64,000 bases of DNA from Candidatus Poribacteria bacterium (GCA_965198175.1 OZ240245.1:768001-832000); one strand, 5' to 3'; numbered from the stretch's first letter, positions 19,579-29,775 are shown. A program made the numbers and translations. The notes: a model not told the origin generated them from the letters alone.

Positions 19579-20418
19579 ATGCTGCAACTTTCGGCGAACA
19601 TTGAATTCATGTTCCGTGACCGCGAATTCGTCGACCGTATTGATGCAGTGGCGGAACTCGGTCTGACCGCCCTCGAATTTGGTCCGGACCCCGAAGCAAC
19701 ATCGGGTGACCTGGACATGTCGACCATCGCTGAACGAGTCAGGCTAAACAACCTGGTTGTCGCAAATATTAGTGTTCAACCCCGCCTGCGTTTGCTGGAC
19801 GGAGACCGGATCGACGCCTTAACTCAATCTGTACGGCAGTCCTGTCAATTGGCTAGGCAAATGAGGTGTTCAATATTGGGTCTGCTGGTTGAAGAGGTGA
19901 AGTGGACGCCTGGACAGCCTTGGTACGACTACCAGCGCGACGAGAAACAACGCGACCTTCGCCGTCGCCAACGAGAAAACATTGTTCGCGCTGTGAAAAC
20001 GGTGGCACCAATTGCGGAGGGAGAGGGGATGACCCTCGTGATGGAATGCCTAAACACATTAGTCGACCACGCGGACTATTACCTTGCGTCTTGGCAGGAA
20101 GGGGTATCAATCGTCAGAGAAGTGGACAATCCGGCGGTCGCATTGACCTTTGACGCTTATCATCACCAAATCAACGAAGGTAACTTGATAAACAGCCTAA
20201 CGCAAGACATTGACTTGATTCGCCACATCCATATCGCCGACGTACCCGGTCGCCACGAACCCGGCACCGGCGAAATCAATTATCTGAACGTGCTCACTGC
20301 AGCGAAGCGGGCGGGATACGAAGGTTATCTCGGACTCGAGTGTTTTCCGACCGTGAGCGATGTCAGCGTCGCGCTTGCACCAATCAGGGAGATTGTCGAC
20401 CAAGTTAATCGCACATAA
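19579..20418 (+). CDS. Hydroxypyruvate isomerase-like TIM-barrel sugar isomerase
   Basis: SANIEFMF, ECLN..DH, FDAYHHQINEG, HIADVPGRHEPGTGEINY. Confidence 0.88.
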   Translation: MLQLSANIEFMFRDREFVDRIDAVAELGLTALEFGPDPEATSGDLDMSTIAERVRLNNLVVANISVQPRLRLLDGDRIDALTQSVRQSCQLARQMRCSILGLLVEEVKWTPGQPWYDYQRDEKQRDLRRRQRENIVRAVKTVAPIAEGEGMTLVMECLNTLVDHADYYLASWQEGVSIVREVDNPAVALTFDAYHHQINEGNLINSLTQDIDLIRHIHIADVPGRHEPGTGEINYLNVLTAAKRAGYEGYLGLECFPTVSDVSVALAPIREIVDQVNRT

Positions 20419-20503
20419 TCGTACCGCATTGGTAGGCGTGTCGGAGATGTTGGGAAGAGGAGTTAGGAAGGATTCGGTAAGTTCGCTAAGGTTTAACGAA
20501 AAA

Positions 20504-20536
20504 AACCTTCGGAAGGTTCAGAACCTTCCGAAGGTT
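20504..20536. repeat. Perfect 33-nt palindrome between convergent genes
   Basis: AACCTTCGGAAGGTTC-A-GAACCTTCCGAAGGTT; each half is itself near-palindromic. Confidence 0.8.
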
Positions 20537-20545
20537 GAGGGTTGG

Positions 20546-21307
20546 CTATTTGGCGCTCTTCATTTTTGCCCATGTGGACGTGAGCCTTCCAGCCGCTTCT
20601 ACAGCGGTCATAGACTCCAATCCTGCGCGCGCCTCATAATTCTGCGTCGCTTCTTCAGCGCTGAGTGCGCGGTTATAAAGACCGACATCGTCAATCAAAC
20701 CCTCCATGAACTCATTAGGGTCGGGATTGGCTCCGATGGCGCCATTTCCCATTTGGGTGTTTATGGGTTCACCTAAAACGTTGTTTGTGACCTCTTCACC
20801 GTCCAGATAAATGATGTCCGCAGTTCCATCATAGACAGCCGCCACATAGTGCCACTCCCCTAGAGAAACCGTAGGACCTACCGTATCAAGCCCCCATTGG
20901 GCAATAAATATCTGATCGCCGCCGCGAGTTGCTACGCCAAAGCCGTTGCCTTTCCCGTCCCAAGTGCCGTAAGCAGCGATATACTGAGACGCACCGCCGT
21001 CGCTGACTTCTCTTTTAAACCAACCGGAAAAGGTCCTGGGTTCGTTACCAATGGGGAAACCGTCCATGGGAAAAGTTATGGCATCATCGCCGTCAAATTT
21101 CATGGCGTTCGCACCGACGTGACCGGCGACCATCTCAGGATCGCCCACAACCGTGCCGTCGTTAGTTCCAACTTGGTCCGAGATGTCGCCATCCTCGAAA
21201 GACCAATAACTAACAAGTCCGTCCGTGACGACTTGCGCCCCCGCGGTAAAAGCAAATGCGACCGCCATTACCACCACAAAAAGAACCGCTAAGCTCTTAT
21301 ACATCAT
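20546..21307 (-). CDS. Secreted LamG/ConA-like jellyroll protein with C-terminal TW..K motif
   Basis: Signal peptide, GLVSYWSF, WHYVAAVYDG, GLIDDVGLYNRALS; ends AVEAAGRLTSTWAKMKSAK; GAGGAGG RBS. Confidence 0.88.
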   Translation of the reverse strand: MMYKSLAVLFVVVMAVAFAFTAGAQVVTDGLVSYWSFEDGDISDQVGTNDGTVVGDPEMVAGHVGANAMKFDGDDAITFPMDGFPIGNEPRTFSGWFKREVSDGGASQYIAAYGTWDGKGNGFGVATRGGDQIFIAQWGLDTVGPTVSLGEWHYVAAVYDGTADIIYLDGEEVTNNVLGEPINTQMGNGAIGANPDPNEFMEGLIDDVGLYNRALSAEEATQNYEARAGLESMTAVEAAGRLTSTWAKMKSAK

Positions 21308-21536
21308 TACGTACCTCCTCAAGCTATTTAGACCTCCGCCCTTTCGAGGACACCGGAGGTTTTAAGTATTAATGTGGAATTGTTCGTAGTTAATCTAATT
21401 TTGCCGCGTCAATGGATTGAAATCCGCCGGCAAAATGCCGTCAATCAGAAGTGTGGCTATTCTAGCATACAATTGATTTCGTGCCAAGCGAAAAATTCGC
21501 TCTTGGTTAATGAACGGCTGTCGTCGTGGCTAAGGT

Positions 21537-22331
21537 TCAATTAAAATGGGATTTCGGTCTTGCTTTGATTTTGCCCCATGTGGTTGATATCTTTCCAGCG
21601 GGATCCACGCCAAATTTTATGTCCGAATTAAAATTCTGCAAGACTTCATCTGCAGTTAGGGCGCGATCATAAAGCCCGACTTCGTCAACGAAGCCCTCCA
21701 TCGATTCATCGAAATTCGTATTTGCGCCAATGACACCCTGATTATTATTGGGTACGTTTGGCTTCAACGCTAGATCCCTTTCAGCCACCACTTCCCCGTT
21801 TAGATACAGCGTATTGTGTTGCTTTCCGTCATAGACAGCCGCGACATAGTGCCATTCGTCGAAGGTGGTGATATCGGGGCCAAAGGTATCAAAATTTGGG
21901 CCCCACTGCGTCATAAAGAGCCGATCAGCTCTATTATGCCCAGTCCCAATACCAAAACCTTCACCACCAGGTCCCCTCCAAAAGCCGTATGTAACAATAT
22001 ACTGAGACAAGGGAGCACTGACTTCTCTTTTAAACCAGGCAGACCATGTCGTGGCCGAACTTCCCTTCGGGAAACCTACGTTTTCAAAAAATACGGCATC
22101 GTCCCCAGAAAACTGTAGGGCTTTTCCGGATACCCCTTCAACAAACTTCGGATTGCCTCTGATAGTCCCATTGTTTGGTCCAACCTCGTCCCGGATTTCT
22201 CCGCCTTTTTCTTCATCTAAATGCCAGTAGCTCACAAGCCCATCTTCGACGATTTGAGCGCCTGCTGTACAATAAGCCAGAGTGGCTAGACCGGCAACGA
22301 CAAAAAGTATAGCGAACTTTCTGTTAATCAT
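21537..22331 (-). CDS. Secreted LamG-like protein (tandem paralogue) with C-terminal TW..K motif
   Basis: Start MINRKF after a GGGAGG RBS; GLVSYWHLD, WHYVAAVYDG, VDEVGLYDRALT; ends GVDPAGKISTTWGKIKARPKSHFN. Confidence 0.88.
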   Translation of the reverse strand: MINRKFAILFVVAGLATLAYCTAGAQIVEDGLVSYWHLDEEKGGEIRDEVGPNNGTIRGNPKFVEGVSGKALQFSGDDAVFFENVGFPKGSSATTWSAWFKREVSAPLSQYIVTYGFWRGPGGEGFGIGTGHNRADRLFMTQWGPNFDTFGPDITTFDEWHYVAAVYDGKQHNTLYLNGEVVAERDLALKPNVPNNNQGVIGANTNFDESMEGFVDEVGLYDRALTADEVLQNFNSDIKFGVDPAGKISTTWGKIKARPKSHFN

Positions 22332-22711
22332 TGTTTTACCTCCCGATAATGCCGTTGAATCAACTCTCCCACAAGGCAAAATTATTGGAATCACTAATGC
22401 GCCTAATCCTCCATTGGGAATTGGCTGACAAATATTCATGCCTTGGACCAACGCACTATATATCTATCCTTTTAGTGTAACATGATTCGTAAAAAAAACA
22501 ACAGGAAATTCTGCGACGAAAAATATTGGCCCCGATATACCTCTCCTTTTGAAAACTACTGTTTTTTTTCTCGACAAAAAATTGACCTTTGTAGTAAACT
22601 AATTGGGTTACATTTTGTGTTACATTTACGAAGTAATGCCAACTTAACTCAACACGGTCGCCGCGATAGGTTCCAATAGGAAGAACTATCCCGGCATGGA
22701 GAAAGCTTAAA

Positions 22712-23542
22712 ATGGAGAATACATACGACTGCGCACCAACACTAACGGACTCGCAGGTGCTAGAATTCTGCAGGCGGGGCTTCCTGATGCTGGAGGCCGT
22801 CGTTCCCGATGAAATCAACCGGAAGGTGGTTGAATTTTTCGAAGAGCAGCCCAGGGGAGGTAACGCTGCGAGTATAGATGGAGTCGCCGAGAATGTGTTG
22901 CTTAATCCGCAAGCAACCGGTGCGATACGATCCCTCTTAGGCAAAAATTTCACTTATCCTTTTCACCTGGGTGAGGGACCTCGAGCCCAGTGTCCCATGC
23001 CCGCAGGTCCATGGCACGTCGATGGCGGTGCGGTGTTCGGACCCAAACTGGATAGTCTCCTAGCCTTCTACTATCCACAGGATACCCCACCGGAACTGGG
23101 ACCGACCGAGATATTGCCGGGTTCTCATTTCCTCATCGCCGACGGAATCCCTTCCATGGCGCATTACGGCAGCATTCGGGGCGCAGTTTCTACCACTGCC
23201 CCGGCAGGTTCTATCTTCTTAACCGCCTACACCGTCTGGCACCGTCGCGCCGCGTCCACGGCAAAGGCTGTCCGCAATCTGTCGAAGTATGGGTATACAC
23301 GAACTGTGCCGCCCACGCGCGACTGGATTCGAGAACCGGATTTTGAGCCTATGAGTGCCAAAGGTCTGCCCGCAGGTCCCACCTACCACCGCGAATATCA
23401 TCGCGCTATCAATGACGCTGCCGAGATGTTCTACTGGTTGTGTGGGAAAGAGGATGAATATCGCTTGTCCGCGCAGCACAATCAGCCTGTTTTCCTTTCC
23501 AAATACCACAATGTAAAGATGTCACAATCTGTAAATGAGTAA
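22712..23542 (+). CDS. PhyH-family dioxygenase (paralogue 3)
   Basis: WHVD, YYPQDTPPELGPT..PGSH, VWHRR. Confidence 0.88.
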   Translation: MENTYDCAPTLTDSQVLEFCRRGFLMLEAVVPDEINRKVVEFFEEQPRGGNAASIDGVAENVLLNPQATGAIRSLLGKNFTYPFHLGEGPRAQCPMPAGPWHVDGGAVFGPKLDSLLAFYYPQDTPPELGPTEILPGSHFLIADGIPSMAHYGSIRGAVSTTAPAGSIFLTAYTVWHRRAASTAKAVRNLSKYGYTRTVPPTRDWIREPDFEPMSAKGLPAGPTYHREYHRAINDAAEMFYWLCGKEDEYRLSAQHNQPVFLSKYHNVKMSQSVNE

Positions 23543-23607
23543 CCGATCGGCGGTTGTCACCCCGCCGGAACCGGCGGACTCAACTCTAGTTTCAATCAGC
23601 CCTTCCC

Positions 23608-24567
23608 ATGAAATACCAGAGCTTTTCGACGCTCATGGATAAAATTGTCCGTTTTACCGAGTCGCCGTTCTACACAACCCTGACCCCGCTCATTTCGACG
23701 CTTTTACTGTTGGTAATGGGTGTACTCGCTGTCGCCAATATTAGCGCTGATGACGACGTTGCAGAGGGACCGCCGGCGGAGATTACCTCCCCGACCGACG
23801 GGGCTTTGATGCGCCTGATTCCCGCAGGTGAGTTTCAAATGGGAGACCATTTCGATGACGGTGCTGACGACGACCTGCCGGTGCACACCGTCTATCTCGA
23901 CGATTTCTACATTGATGTCTATGAAGTGACAAACGCCCAATACAAAAAGTTTATGGAGGAAAAAGGACACCGGGCGCCGCCATTTTGGAACGATTCGCAA
24001 TATAACCTACCCAATCACCCGGTTGTCGGTGTCAATTGGCATGACGCCGTCGCCTACGCGAAATGGGCGGGAAAGCAGCTTCCAACCGAAGCCCAGTGGG
24101 AAAAAGCCGCCAGAGGCGGGTTGGTGGGGAAACGTTATGTGTGGGGCGATTCGCCAACCCCGCCGCAAGGAGCAGGGAACTTGGCTGATGAAGCTGCCAA
24201 GAGAGCGTTTCCCAGTTGGACAGTCTTTGAAGGGTATGATGACGGTTATGCACGTACCGCTCCTGTTGGCAGTTTTTCGCCCAACGGCTACGGTGTGCAC
24301 GATATGGCAGGCAATGTCTGGGAGTGGTGCATGGACGAATATCAAGCGGGCTTCTATACGACCGGCCCAAAGAACAATCCGGTGGCTGGAGGATTACTCG
24401 ATTTTGTGAATGGCTACCTCAGGGGTATAACATCGGATCGCGTTCTGCGCGGCGGGTCTTGGTTCGATATTCCGAGCCACCTGCCCGTGGCGCTCCGCCT
24501 CAACTACGATCCCTCGGACAACCAAAACTTCCGCGGGTTTCGTTGCACAGGACTTGATACCCCTTAG
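23608..24567 (+). CDS. Formylglycine-generating enzyme (SUMF1/FGE-sulfatase) domain protein
   Basis: IPAGEFQMG, EVTNAQY, HPVVGVNWHDA, LPTEAQWEKAARGG, DMAGNVWEW, RGGSW, GFRC; start uncertain. Confidence 0.9.
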   Translation: MKYQSFSTLMDKIVRFTESPFYTTLTPLISTLLLLVMGVLAVANISADDDVAEGPPAEITSPTDGALMRLIPAGEFQMGDHFDDGADDDLPVHTVYLDDFYIDVYEVTNAQYKKFMEEKGHRAPPFWNDSQYNLPNHPVVGVNWHDAVAYAKWAGKQLPTEAQWEKAARGGLVGKRYVWGDSPTPPQGAGNLADEAAKRAFPSWTVFEGYDDGYARTAPVGSFSPNGYGVHDMAGNVWEWCMDEYQAGFYTTGPKNNPVAGGLLDFVNGYLRGITSDRVLRGGSWFDIPSHLPVALRLNYDPSDNQNFRGFRCTGLDTP

Positions 24568-24887
24568 CGCCTTATCACCTTCACCGCGTAGCATTTCATC
24601 TTGATGGATTGTCAAGGGTGAGATGTTTCTTCGGCCTTAATTTAAGACAAAAACCACAAACATCTGTAGATGTCAGTGGATTGATCTGTTTCTGCGTCCG
24701 ATATTCACTCCTTAGGACAATTTGCCCCAAAGAGTTTACATACCTTGATGGCCTCACAAAAACTATTGATGGCTGTAACCGGTTTATCCTCCACAGAGAA
24801 TCTTCTCGCTTAAGCAACGAATCTCTAAAGTGAGATAATAGCGGAGGTTCATACCGGTTTTGAAATCCAGGTGAATTGGAGGAATAG

Positions 24888-26288
24888 ATGCACACACGAC
24901 TTGAGAAAGACAGTATGGGCAAAGTTGAAGTCCCCGCAGGTCGATACTGGGGAGCGCAAACCCAACGGTCAATCCACAATTTTAAGATTGGTGGTGAGCG
25001 TTTTCCGCGCGAGATGATCTGGGCGCTCGGAATCGTGAAGCGTTCCGCCGCCGAAGTGAACGCCCAACTGGGGGAATTGGAACAAGCTAAAGCGAATGTT
25101 ATCATCACAGCCGCTCAGGAAGTGATTGATGGTATCCTTGATGATCATTTTCCCTTAGTCGTCTGGCAGACCGGCAGCGGCACACAGACGAATATGAACG
25201 TGAATGAGGTGATTGCCAACCGGGCGATTGAGATGCTGGGGGGCGTTCTGGGCAGTAACCATCCCATCCATCCAAACGACCACGTTAACAGGTCTCAATC
25301 AACCAATGACACCTTTCCAACCGCTATCCACGTTGCCATGGTGGAGAGTATTCACCGTCGGCTTATTCCCGCAGTGACAAGTTTGCAGAGCGCGCTTGCC
25401 AACCAAGTCGAAGCGTGCAAAGACATTGTGAAGATTGGGCGCACACACCTGCAAGATGCAACCCCGCTGACGCTCGGGCAAGAGTTCTCAGGATACGCAT
25501 CTCAGTTGACCCACGCGCTCCGTGCAATAGATGGCTGTCTCGCTCATCTTTATGAATTGCCGATTGGCGGAACTGCAGTCGGTACCGGTTTAAACACCCA
25601 TCCCGAATTCGCGGTTAACGCTGCGGCGTCAATAGCAAGGCTAACTGCCTTCCCTTTTGTAACGGCGCCTAATAAATTTGAAGCACTTGGTGCCCGAGAT
25701 GCTGTTGTCGAAGCGAGCGGCGCGTTCAAAACGCTGGCGTGTTCGCTCAATAAGATTGCAAATGACATCCGGTGGCTATCGAGCGGTCCGCACTGCGGAA
25801 TTGGAGAACTTATCCTGCCATCAAACGGATTGGCGAGTTCCATTATGCCGGGCAAGACCAATCCAACGCAGAGTGAAGCGATGACTATGGTTTGCGCGCA
25901 GGTTATCGGAAACGATACTACCATCGCCATAGCCGGTGCTTCCGGCAACTTTGAACTCAATGTGTTTATGCCCGTTATCGCTTTTAACGCCTTGCAATCA
26001 ATTCGTCTTTTGGGGGACGTTTGCAACTCATTTACCCAAAACTGTGCGCTCGGTATTCGTCCAAACTTGCAAAAAATCAATCGTTATCTAAACGACTCCT
26101 TAATGCTGGTAACCGCGCTCTCGCCCAAAATTGGCTATGACAACGCTGCTCTGGTGGCGAAAACCGCGCTCACAGAAGGTAAAACGCTGCGGCAGGCTGC
26201 TCTGGAACTGAACCTCTTGAACGCGGCAGAATTCGATCAAACCGTCGATCCCAGTAAAATGATTGGCCCAAACGTGAAGGCAGATTAG
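24888..26288 (+). CDS. fumC: Class II fumarate hydratase
   Basis: [46 protein letters not shown]. Confidence 0.95.
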   Translation: MHTRLEKDSMGKVEVPAGRYWGAQTQRSIHNFKIGGERFPREMIWALGIVKRSAAEVNAQLGELEQAKANVIITAAQEVIDGILDDHFPLVVWQTGSGTQTNMNVNEVIANRAIEMLGGVLGSNHPIHPNDHVNRSQSTNDTFPTAIHVAMVESIHRRLIPAVTSLQSALANQVEACKDIVKIGRTHLQDATPLTLGQEFSGYASQLTHALRAIDGCLAHLYELPIGGTAVGTGLNTHPEFAVNAAASIARLTAFPFVTAPNKFEALGARDAVVEASGAFKTLACSLNKIANDIRWLSSGPHCGIGELILPSNGLASSIMPGKTNPTQSEAMTMVCAQVIGNDTTIAIAGASGNFELNVFMPVIAFNALQSIRLLGDVCNSFTQNCALGIRPNLQKINRYLNDSLMLVTALSPKIGYDNAALVAKTALTEGKTLRQAALELNLLNAAEFDQTVDPSKMIGPNVKAD

Positions 26289-26610
26289 CCCTTCCTACTA
26301 TCAGACGAGGAATCCTATTGATAAGCCAATTACTGACTTTCATGAGACGTTCTTAAATCTCCGTCATTTCTGTCTAACGATGGGGGAAAGTCCAAACAGC
26401 AACCTTTCAATGTCGTTTTTTATCGGCATGCAAGGGAACGGACCGGCCCTTTCTTGAATTTTACGACGAACAATTTCAAACAACAGTTCAATTTTATAGA
26501 GGGTTGCCTCAGTGATGTTTATCAGGTATAATATGCCTATTAATCTGAATCTTACAAGAAATTTGTAATGGTCAAGTAGAATATAGACACTCGCAAACGC
26601 TTTGTTCTTG

Positions 26611-26680
26611 CGCTCCAGCGGAGCGCCATGTTTATAGCCGCCTAAAATTTCCAGCCTTCTGCTCCAGCGGAGCAGAATGT
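26611..26680. repeat. Paired GCTCCAGCGGAGC palindromic repeat, copy 1
   Basis: CGCTCCAGCGGAGCGccATGTtTATAG ... GCTCCAGCGGAGCagaATGT; same two-unit layout at 39794..39865. Confidence 0.7.
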
Positions 26681-26687
26681 GATTCTT

Positions 26688-26719
26688 GAAACCGAGTTTT
26701 TTCTTGAAAACTCGGTTTC
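26688..26719. repeat. 32-nt palindromic repeat upstream of tkt
   Basis: GAAACCGAGTTTTTTCTTGAAAACTCGGTTTC; 31/32 identical copy at 28716. Confidence 0.85.
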
Positions 26720-26852
26720 TGTAACTCCATACCCCTCGGCTTGGATTTCCAAGCCCTCATTGATAGAACCTGTCAATCTGCGGTAGCAGCACAATGTGTA
26801 AACCATCTTCGTGACCAATACACGAAATTTAAATGAGAAAGGATAACACCGA

Positions 26853-28697
26853 ATGACCGAAGACCTGAGGGCGCTTCTGAAGCAGAAGGCCAGTAACTTG
26901 CGCATTCACTCAATCATATCGACATCCGAAGCCGGATCCGGCCATCCAACGACGTGTATGTCAGCCGCAGATATCGTTTCTACGCTCTTTTTTCACGCCA
27001 TGCGTTATGATCGTCGTAACCCGCGTAACCCGAACAACGATCGCTTCATCTTATCAAAAGGTCATGCTGCTCCAATACTCTACGCCGCTTGGGCAGAGGC
27101 AGGCATTATTTCCGTCGAAGATTTACTCGCTTTGCGCCGAATTGACAGCGACCTAGAGGGGCACCCCACCCCGCGTCTTGACTGGGTTGATGTGGCAACC
27201 GGATCCTTGGGACAAGGATTGTCAATTGGCGTCGGAATGGCGCTTAACGGGAAATACTTGGATAAATCCGATTATCGCGTCTACGTCCTGATGGGCGATG
27301 GCGAATCGGCTGAAGGTGGAGTTTGGGAAGCAGTTGCGTTGGCTTCACACCACAAACTCAACAACCTAATTGGTATTGTTGATGTCAACGGCAGAGGGCA
27401 AAGCCAACGCACGATGTATGGGTTCGACACCGATTCTTATTGCCGCCGCTTTGAGTCGTTCGGTTGGAACGCAATCGCAATTGATGGACACAATCTTGAC
27501 GAAATTTTATCCGCGCTGGATGAAGCGAAGGCTTCCACAATTCAGCCAACAATGATTGTCGCAAAGACTCTTAAGGGCAAAGGGGTCTCATTTGTTGAGG
27601 ACAAAGAGGATTGGCACGGAAAAGCGATTCCCAAGGGCGAACAACTCGATGCAGCGCTGAATGAACTCGGTCCTCTCGGCTCAAATGGCGGGTTTCAGAT
27701 TGAAACGCCGCCTGATCATCGAACAACCGTGAAGCAGGAAATACGCGAGGTCGCACCGCCCGATTACCAGATTGGCGCAGAGGTAGCGTCTCGCAGTGGA
27801 TACGGCGCAGGGCTTTCAAAATTGGGAGATGTAAACCCGCAGATTGTTGCGCTGGATGCGGATGTAAAAAATTCCACCTACGCCGATCAATTTATGGAGA
27901 AACACAGTAATCGGTATTTTGAAATGTTTATCGCAGAACAGAACCTCGTCGGTTCAGGAATTGGGCTGTCAAAATGCGGAAAGGTGCCGTTTGTCTCAAG
28001 CTTCGCCGCATTTCTGACCCGATCCGCGGATCAGATTCGTATGTCCGCAATCTCCCAAGCGAATATCAAATACGTCGGCTCCCATGCTGGCATCTCGATT
28101 GGCGAAGATGGCCCATCGCAAATGGGCTTAGAGGATCTGGCGATGTTCCGCACGCTTCCAGGATCGGTTGTGCTCTATCCGAGCGATGCAGTCGCAGCGG
28201 AGCGTCTAGTCGTCGAAGCCGCGCGGCATGAAGGAATCGTTTATATTCGCACCTCGCGTCCCAAAACCCCCGTAATCTATTCAAACGATGAACCCTTCCC
28301 CATTGGAGGCTGCAAGGTCCTTCGAGAAGGTCCGGATGATCAGGCTACCGTCGTCGGGGCGGGTGTTACACTCAACGAGGCGCTGAAAGCCTACGAGGGT
28401 CTCAAATCAGAAGGCATCTCCATTCGCGTCATCGATCTCTACTCCGTCAAGCCCGTTGATACGGAGTTGTTACTTCGGGCAGCCGCTGTCACGAATAACA
28501 CGCTGATTACGGTCGAAGATCACTATCGGGAGGGCGGGCTTGGCGACGCTGTCCTCGACGCAGTCGCATCCGAGGGAATTAAAGTTCACAAACTCGCCGT
28601 TAACAGCCTTCCTCGATCCGGAAAACCTGAAGAACTCATGGAGCGGCACGGTATTACCGCGGCGTGCATCGCTCGTAAGGTGAGAGAGATTGCCTAA
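26853..28697 (+). CDS. tkt: Transketolase
   Basis: GSGHPT, DRFILSKGHAAP, GDGESAEG (TPP motif), IAEQN, GEDGPSQM. Confidence 0.95.
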   Translation: MTEDLRALLKQKASNLRIHSIISTSEAGSGHPTTCMSAADIVSTLFFHAMRYDRRNPRNPNNDRFILSKGHAAPILYAAWAEAGIISVEDLLALRRIDSDLEGHPTPRLDWVDVATGSLGQGLSIGVGMALNGKYLDKSDYRVYVLMGDGESAEGGVWEAVALASHHKLNNLIGIVDVNGRGQSQRTMYGFDTDSYCRRFESFGWNAIAIDGHNLDEILSALDEAKASTIQPTMIVAKTLKGKGVSFVEDKEDWHGKAIPKGEQLDAALNELGPLGSNGGFQIETPPDHRTTVKQEIREVAPPDYQIGAEVASRSGYGAGLSKLGDVNPQIVALDADVKNSTYADQFMEKHSNRYFEMFIAEQNLVGSGIGLSKCGKVPFVSSFAAFLTRSADQIRMSAISQANIKYVGSHAGISIGEDGPSQMGLEDLAMFRTLPGSVVLYPSDAVAAERLVVEAARHEGIVYIRTSRPKTPVIYSNDEPFPIGGCKVLREGPDDQATVVGAGVTLNEALKAYEGLKSEGISIRVIDLYSVKPVDTELLLRAAAVTNNTLITVEDHYREGGLGDAVLDAVASEGIKVHKLAVNSLPRSGKPEELMERHGITAACIARKVREIA

Positions 28698-28715
28698 TCA
28701 GGTGACAAACTCGCC

Positions 28716-28747
28716 GAAACCGAGGTTTTTCTTGAAAACTCGGTTTC
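28716..28747. repeat. 32-nt palindromic repeat downstream of tkt
   Basis: GAAACCGAGGTTTTTCTTGAAAACTCGGTTTC followed by TTT; may also act as a terminator. Confidence 0.85.
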
Positions 28748-28887
28748 TTTAACGGGTCAGTATTTTGCTCACTACCTCAATCCCCGACGATTATATGAAA
28801 TCAAGCGAGACGCCGACACTGGGGCTTGACTGCGCGCAATTCAAACCCAAAACTCTCCCCTCCTCTCCCAAGCCAGACCCTGCACTA

Positions 28888-28916
28888 TTGACGCGGTTCA
28901 TATTGTCTGCTATAAT
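28888..28916 (+). promoter_or_regulatory. Sigma70-type promoter with extended -10
   Basis: TTGACG-N17-TATAAT with TG at the extended -10 position. Confidence 0.65.
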
Positions 28917-29045
28917 CCTAATTATGAAACACGGACATCCGTAGGTCCGAAATTCTCCCCATTGCGATGGCGGAGCGAGACGGGATCTCCTCCACCGCGT
29001 AGGGAACGCCGCGCTGCATTCCCGATTAAATCGGAAACTTAGCGG

Positions 29046-29181
29046 TGGTCCTGTAGGTTGGGTTGAACGATAAACCGACCGAATAGGGAGGGCGATAGTT
29101 CTTATCTCCAGTATCGAAGTCGAAACCGGTTCCACATCCGATGCACTACCTGTTCTCGATAGACACTTTGCGAAACCCAAC
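29046..29181. repeat. Expanded GTAG REP-like element (left of hicAB)
   Basis: TGGTCCTGTAGGTTGGGTTGAACG ... GCGAAACCCAAC with about 100 nt between the arms. Confidence 0.65.
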
Positions 29182-29340
29182 GCTTCATCTTTGCACGATG
29201 CACTTTCGCCCCACATGAACCAATATCAATTGACAATTAGCGGGCTTTGGGGTGTCGAATCGTTTTCCGCTGGAAGCGCCCGATGAATGGAGCGTGTAGA
29301 GTCAATCTACGCTCAACTTTCAGACAAACACAGTTAGCAG

Positions 29341-29539
29341 ATGCCGCGTAAGATAAGAGACCTCATCAAAGACCTTGAAACTGCTGGATTTCTAAACTGT
29401 GGTGGAAAAGGCAGTTCATAGGAAATTTGTCCATCCGAAAGTTTCTAAATCTGTGATACTCTCCGGTCAGCCCAGGGCTGATTCAAAGCACTATCAAGAA
29501 AAGGATGTCAAAGCCGCTATTGAGGAATCGCAAAAATGA
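29341..29539 (+). pseudogene. hicA: HicA toxin, frameshifted
   Basis: MPRKIRDLIKDLETAGFLNCGGKGS, then with one extra T at 29415/6 removed, HRKFVHPKVSKSVILSGQPRADSKHYQEKDVKAAIEESQK*; ATGA overlap with hicB. Confidence 0.85.
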
Positions 29540-29775
29540 ACACAAGCAGCCGTTACGTCAAGATTGTTGAATGGTCTGATGAAGACCAATGCTATGTTGG
29601 CAGTTGTCCGGGACTCTTTTATGGTGGATGTCACGGGGATAATGAACAAAAGGTGTTCTCAGAACTGTGTCGCATCGTTGAAGAGACTATCCAACTATTT
29701 CAACGAGACGGAAGACCACTGCCTTTAGCGACATCCGGAAAAGACTATGCTAACAAGATGTTGGAATTTGCCTAA
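29536..29775 (+). CDS. hicB: HicB-family antitoxin
   Basis: YVKIVEWSDEDQCYVGSCPGL..GGCHGD..., GRPLP; follows hicA. Confidence 0.85.
   Translation: MNTSSRYVKIVEWSDEDQCYVGSCPGLFYGGCHGDNEQKVFSELCRIVEETIQLFQRDGRPLPLATSGKDYANKMLEFA

Noticed and set aside
21330..21440. c-di-GMP or other riboswitch upstream of the first LamG gene
   Set aside because: Hairpins are present (ACCTCCG/CGGAGGT and ATTTTGCCG/CGGCAAAAT) but no recognisable aptamer consensus.
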